Origin: a virus
Taxonomy: Duplodnaviria > Caudoviricetes
DNA: 25,799 nucleotides
Reading direction: 5' to 3' (one strand)
Virus record (IMG/VR): IMGVR_UViG_3300024219_000016
Location: 1-25,799 of that record
Below are positions 23,937-25,799 of this stretch, in pieces. The notes under the pieces were generated by a model that saw only the letters and a program-made list of their open reading frames with translations, was not told the origin of the DNA and made no database searches. The position numbers and the translations under genes are program-made. Every line of letters starts with the position of its first letter. Within the stretch, counting starts at the first letter, position 1.

Positions 23937-24262
23937 GTGGGTCCTTCCTGTTCGCTCCCGTGCGCCGCCTTTTCCCACTGGCGACGGTGATACTCCGCGA
24001 CGGCAGCTAAAAACCGTTCTCGTTCACTGAACGAGATTTTCGTATAGCCGTTACGCCTAGCGATCTCATGCTCACAGAGCATGATTTGCTCACTTCCGCC
24101 CCAGATCGGTAGACCATTGAGGGCCGTCACCTCATAGGGGGCTGTGTCGAAATACAGTCGCGGTTGACCGCGAGAGCCATTCGGCACGCGGTCGCAAAGG
24201 TGCAGCATGCCTGAGCCATCTTCTTTGACTTCCACATAAGCCACATGAGCATCTATAGCCAT
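23933..24262 (-). CDS. Hypothetical protein
   Basis: TGATG overlap with GAGGAG; ends AAHGSEQEGPT. Confidence 0.65.
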   Translation of the reverse strand: MAIDAHVAYVEVKEDGSGMLHLCDRVPNGSRGQPRLYFDTAPYEVTALNGLPIWGGSEQIMLCEHEIARRNGYTKISFSERERFLAAVAEYHRRQWEKAAHGSEQEGPT

Positions 24263-24855
24263 CACTCCTCCTCGGCCTCTCGGCTCCCGTGCGCTGAACG
24301 CCAGCGATTGATCACTTCCTGAGCCGCATCGGATGCCGCCTGTTCAACCCACAGCCGCTGTTCATCCGTGAAATCCACGCCGTCCTCGCCCTTAGCCGCT
24401 TGAAGCATCTCCGCGACCATGTCCGCACCGATCCGCTTAGCATCAAGACGCTGCGGTGGGTGCGCTGAACGCCAGCGAGAGAGTTCAGCTCTGAGTGTCC
24501 CAATGTCTCGGACGGCCTTCTCCAGCCCCGTCGCGAGCGTTTGCATCCGCGATGCGAGATGCGGCACTGACGCCCAATGGGTTACGTCTCGACCGTGCGT
24601 GAGTAGGAGCCGCGCCCAGTCGCGAAGCCGGTCCACGTCGAGCATGTCCACGCTCAGGCCAATGTCATCGTCAAGGACCGGCTGTTGGCTCAGAGAACGG
24701 TTAGCCAGCGCGTTACGAAGTTCAATCACCAACTGTTGAGCGGAGCCGTTCTCCATCAACTCGGGATTGAAGAATCCACCCACCTCCAGCCATTCGGTTG
24801 CTCTCGCAACGAGTTCTGCAAGCCGTGCCTCTGCCGTCAGGACGCCGTCAGTCAT
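24262..24855 (-). CDS. Modular hypothetical protein (GGFFNPELME motif)
   Basis: Helical modules, two ending RWRSAH; GAGG upstream of ATG 24855. Confidence 0.6.
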   Translation of the reverse strand: MTDGVLTAEARLAELVARATEWLEVGGFFNPELMENGSAQQLVIELRNALANRSLSQQPVLDDDIGLSVDMLDVDRLRDWARLLLTHGRDVTHWASVPHLASRMQTLATGLEKAVRDIGTLRAELSRWRSAHPPQRLDAKRIGADMVAEMLQAAKGEDGVDFTDEQRLWVEQAASDAAQEVINRWRSAHGSREAEEE

Positions 24856-25042
24856 CCAACACCTCGTCATTCAACGCGTCCGACTGTTCGTCCCACCAGC
24901 CACCGCCGCTCGTGGCAGCGATACCGAAATGGCAGGGACCGCACAGCCCGCTCATTGGAACCGTGGGCTTTGAGCCGCAGTTCTCGCAACCGTGCTGCCA
25001 ATCTGGGCGAAACTCACGCTTGGCGCGCTCGCCTTTGGTCAT
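24848..25042 (-). CDS. Zn-binding mini-protein (CENC...CGPC)
   Basis: GGAGG upstream of MTKGER. Confidence 0.65.
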   Translation of the reverse strand: MTKGERAKREFRPDWQHGCENCGSKPTVPMSGLCGPCHFGIAATSGGGWWDEQSDALNDEVLDD

Positions 25043-25097
25043 AGCAAATTCCTCCCGCCGCGCTCGCTCGTCCCGCCCTCGACGCCCGCTGGAGGAG

Positions 25098-25448
25098 TCA
25101 TGGGTGATTCCTTTCGTGTTCAGGCCAGCACACGTCGCAGAACTCTGGCCCACCGCATTCGTGGCAAGTGATCAACGGATCGCCGAATGTGGGCTCGCCG
25201 CAGCCGTCGCATGTCGCGATCAAGTTCGTGCCGATGCCCCATGATGTGCGCGTGACGTGCTTCACTATCTGGCCGCTGGCGTCATGCTCGGTATAGCAAC
25301 CCTTGTTCGGCGCGTAAGACGGCTTGCCGTAGTTGGCGCAGGCTAGGCGATGCATCTCGATTTCTCTCGGCGAGCAGCACTCATGGTCCGGTTTGAAGTC
25401 GTTCGGGTTAGAGACGCACGGATAGCCATAGACCGGTTGCTTACTCAC
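25098..25448 (-). CDS. Cys-rich hypothetical protein
   Basis: CDGC, CHEC, CDVC...H; GTGA overlap with GAGG. Confidence 0.6.
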   Translation of the reverse strand: MSKQPVYGYPCVSNPNDFKPDHECCSPREIEMHRLACANYGKPSYAPNKGCYTEHDASGQIVKHVTRTSWGIGTNLIATCDGCGEPTFGDPLITCHECGGPEFCDVCWPEHERNHP

Positions 25449-25735
25449 AGCGGTTCCTCACGCCTCGCCGTGACGCAGCGTTCGCACTCGCAGATTTCCG
25501 GCCAATTCTCAGGATCGTCTCCATCATTGAAGTGAACCCCGCAGTGCGGATCGTCGAAACATTCCGGACAGCCGCGATCACATTTCCGGCACCACATCGC
25601 CTGATGATCCGAACAGAACTCGTGCAGTGCCTTGTGCGCTTCAAAGTCACGGCACCACGGCTCGCCGCGAATGCCGTCGTCATCATCGCCGTAATCCGGA
25701 TCGTGCTCGCTCATGTGATTGTCTGAATTGGCCAT
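25445..25735 (-). CDS. Cys/Asp-rich hypothetical protein
   Basis: GGAG upstream of MANSDNH; CSDH, CRKC, CPEC, CECERC. Confidence 0.55.
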   Translation of the reverse strand: MANSDNHMSEHDPDYGDDDDGIRGEPWCRDFEAHKALHEFCSDHQAMWCRKCDRGCPECFDDPHCGVHFNDGDDPENWPEICECERCVTARREEPL

Positions 25736-25740
25736 CGGCT

Positions 25741-25799
25741 TTAATCTCCAAGTCCGCAGCGTGGACACGATTGACCGACCGGAACCGGATAGCCGCAAT
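25741..25799 (-). CDS. 3' end of a Zn-ribbon gene (5'-partial)
   Basis: ...CGYPVPVGQSCPRCGLGD then TAA at 25741. Confidence 0.4.
   Translation of the reverse strand, partial: CGYPVPVGQSCPRCGLGD

Larger units (their letters stand above)
22094..24478. repeat. Dispersed repeat family, core gctcccgtgcgc (minus strand GCGCACGGGAGC)
   Basis: Exact cores at 22943, 23814, 23954, 24283; 1-nt-deleted copy at 23303; partial/related copies at 22094, 22217, 22409, 22566, 24460. Confidence 0.85.

Noticed and set aside
22094-24478. CRISPR array or integron attC array
   Set aside because: Spacing is irregular (120-510 nt), the repeats sit in coding sequence, no attC-type hairpins are evident, and no cas or integrase gene is in the window.
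271-25726. Plus-strand ORFs in the track (for example 9530..10132, 10628..11221, 13653..14276, 17030..17605)
   Set aside because: They are antisense shadows of well-supported minus-strand genes, with no recognisable motifs.
1-25799. tRNA, rRNA, lysis genes, integrase/att sites, intrinsic terminators, host assignment
   Set aside because: None could be supported by eye; intergenic gaps are very short and no convincing hairpin plus U-tract was seen.

Overview
The window is a fragment of a tailed dsDNA phage or prophage with a P22-like podovirus gene order. Essentially all real genes lie on the minus strand, many translationally coupled by ATGA/TGATG/TAATG overlaps. In transcription order (right to left): (1) a mosaic region of short, often Cys-rich accessory genes punctuated by a recurring GCGCACGGGAGC motif (about 21.4-25.8 kb); (2) large terminase; (3) small inserted genes, two of which look like fragments of the coat protein; (4) portal, scaffold and P22-type coat; (5) a 7.5-kb block of beta-rich, repeat, Zn-binding and oxygenase-like genes; (6) a gp4-like adaptor, gp10-like tail hub, needle-like protein, GNAT-like protein and ejection proteins running off the left edge. 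The strongest unusual observations are: a twin-arginine-signal protein carrying a stand-alone copy of the coat insertion domain; a frameshifted mini-paralog of the coat N-terminus; a TerL whose nuclease catalytic residues appear substituted, with no obvious TerS; a nine-repeat Pro-rich protein; and a chain of pairwise-shared repeats at gene junctions that suggests cassette shuffling. All family assignments come from motif recognition and synteny by eye. No searches were run.
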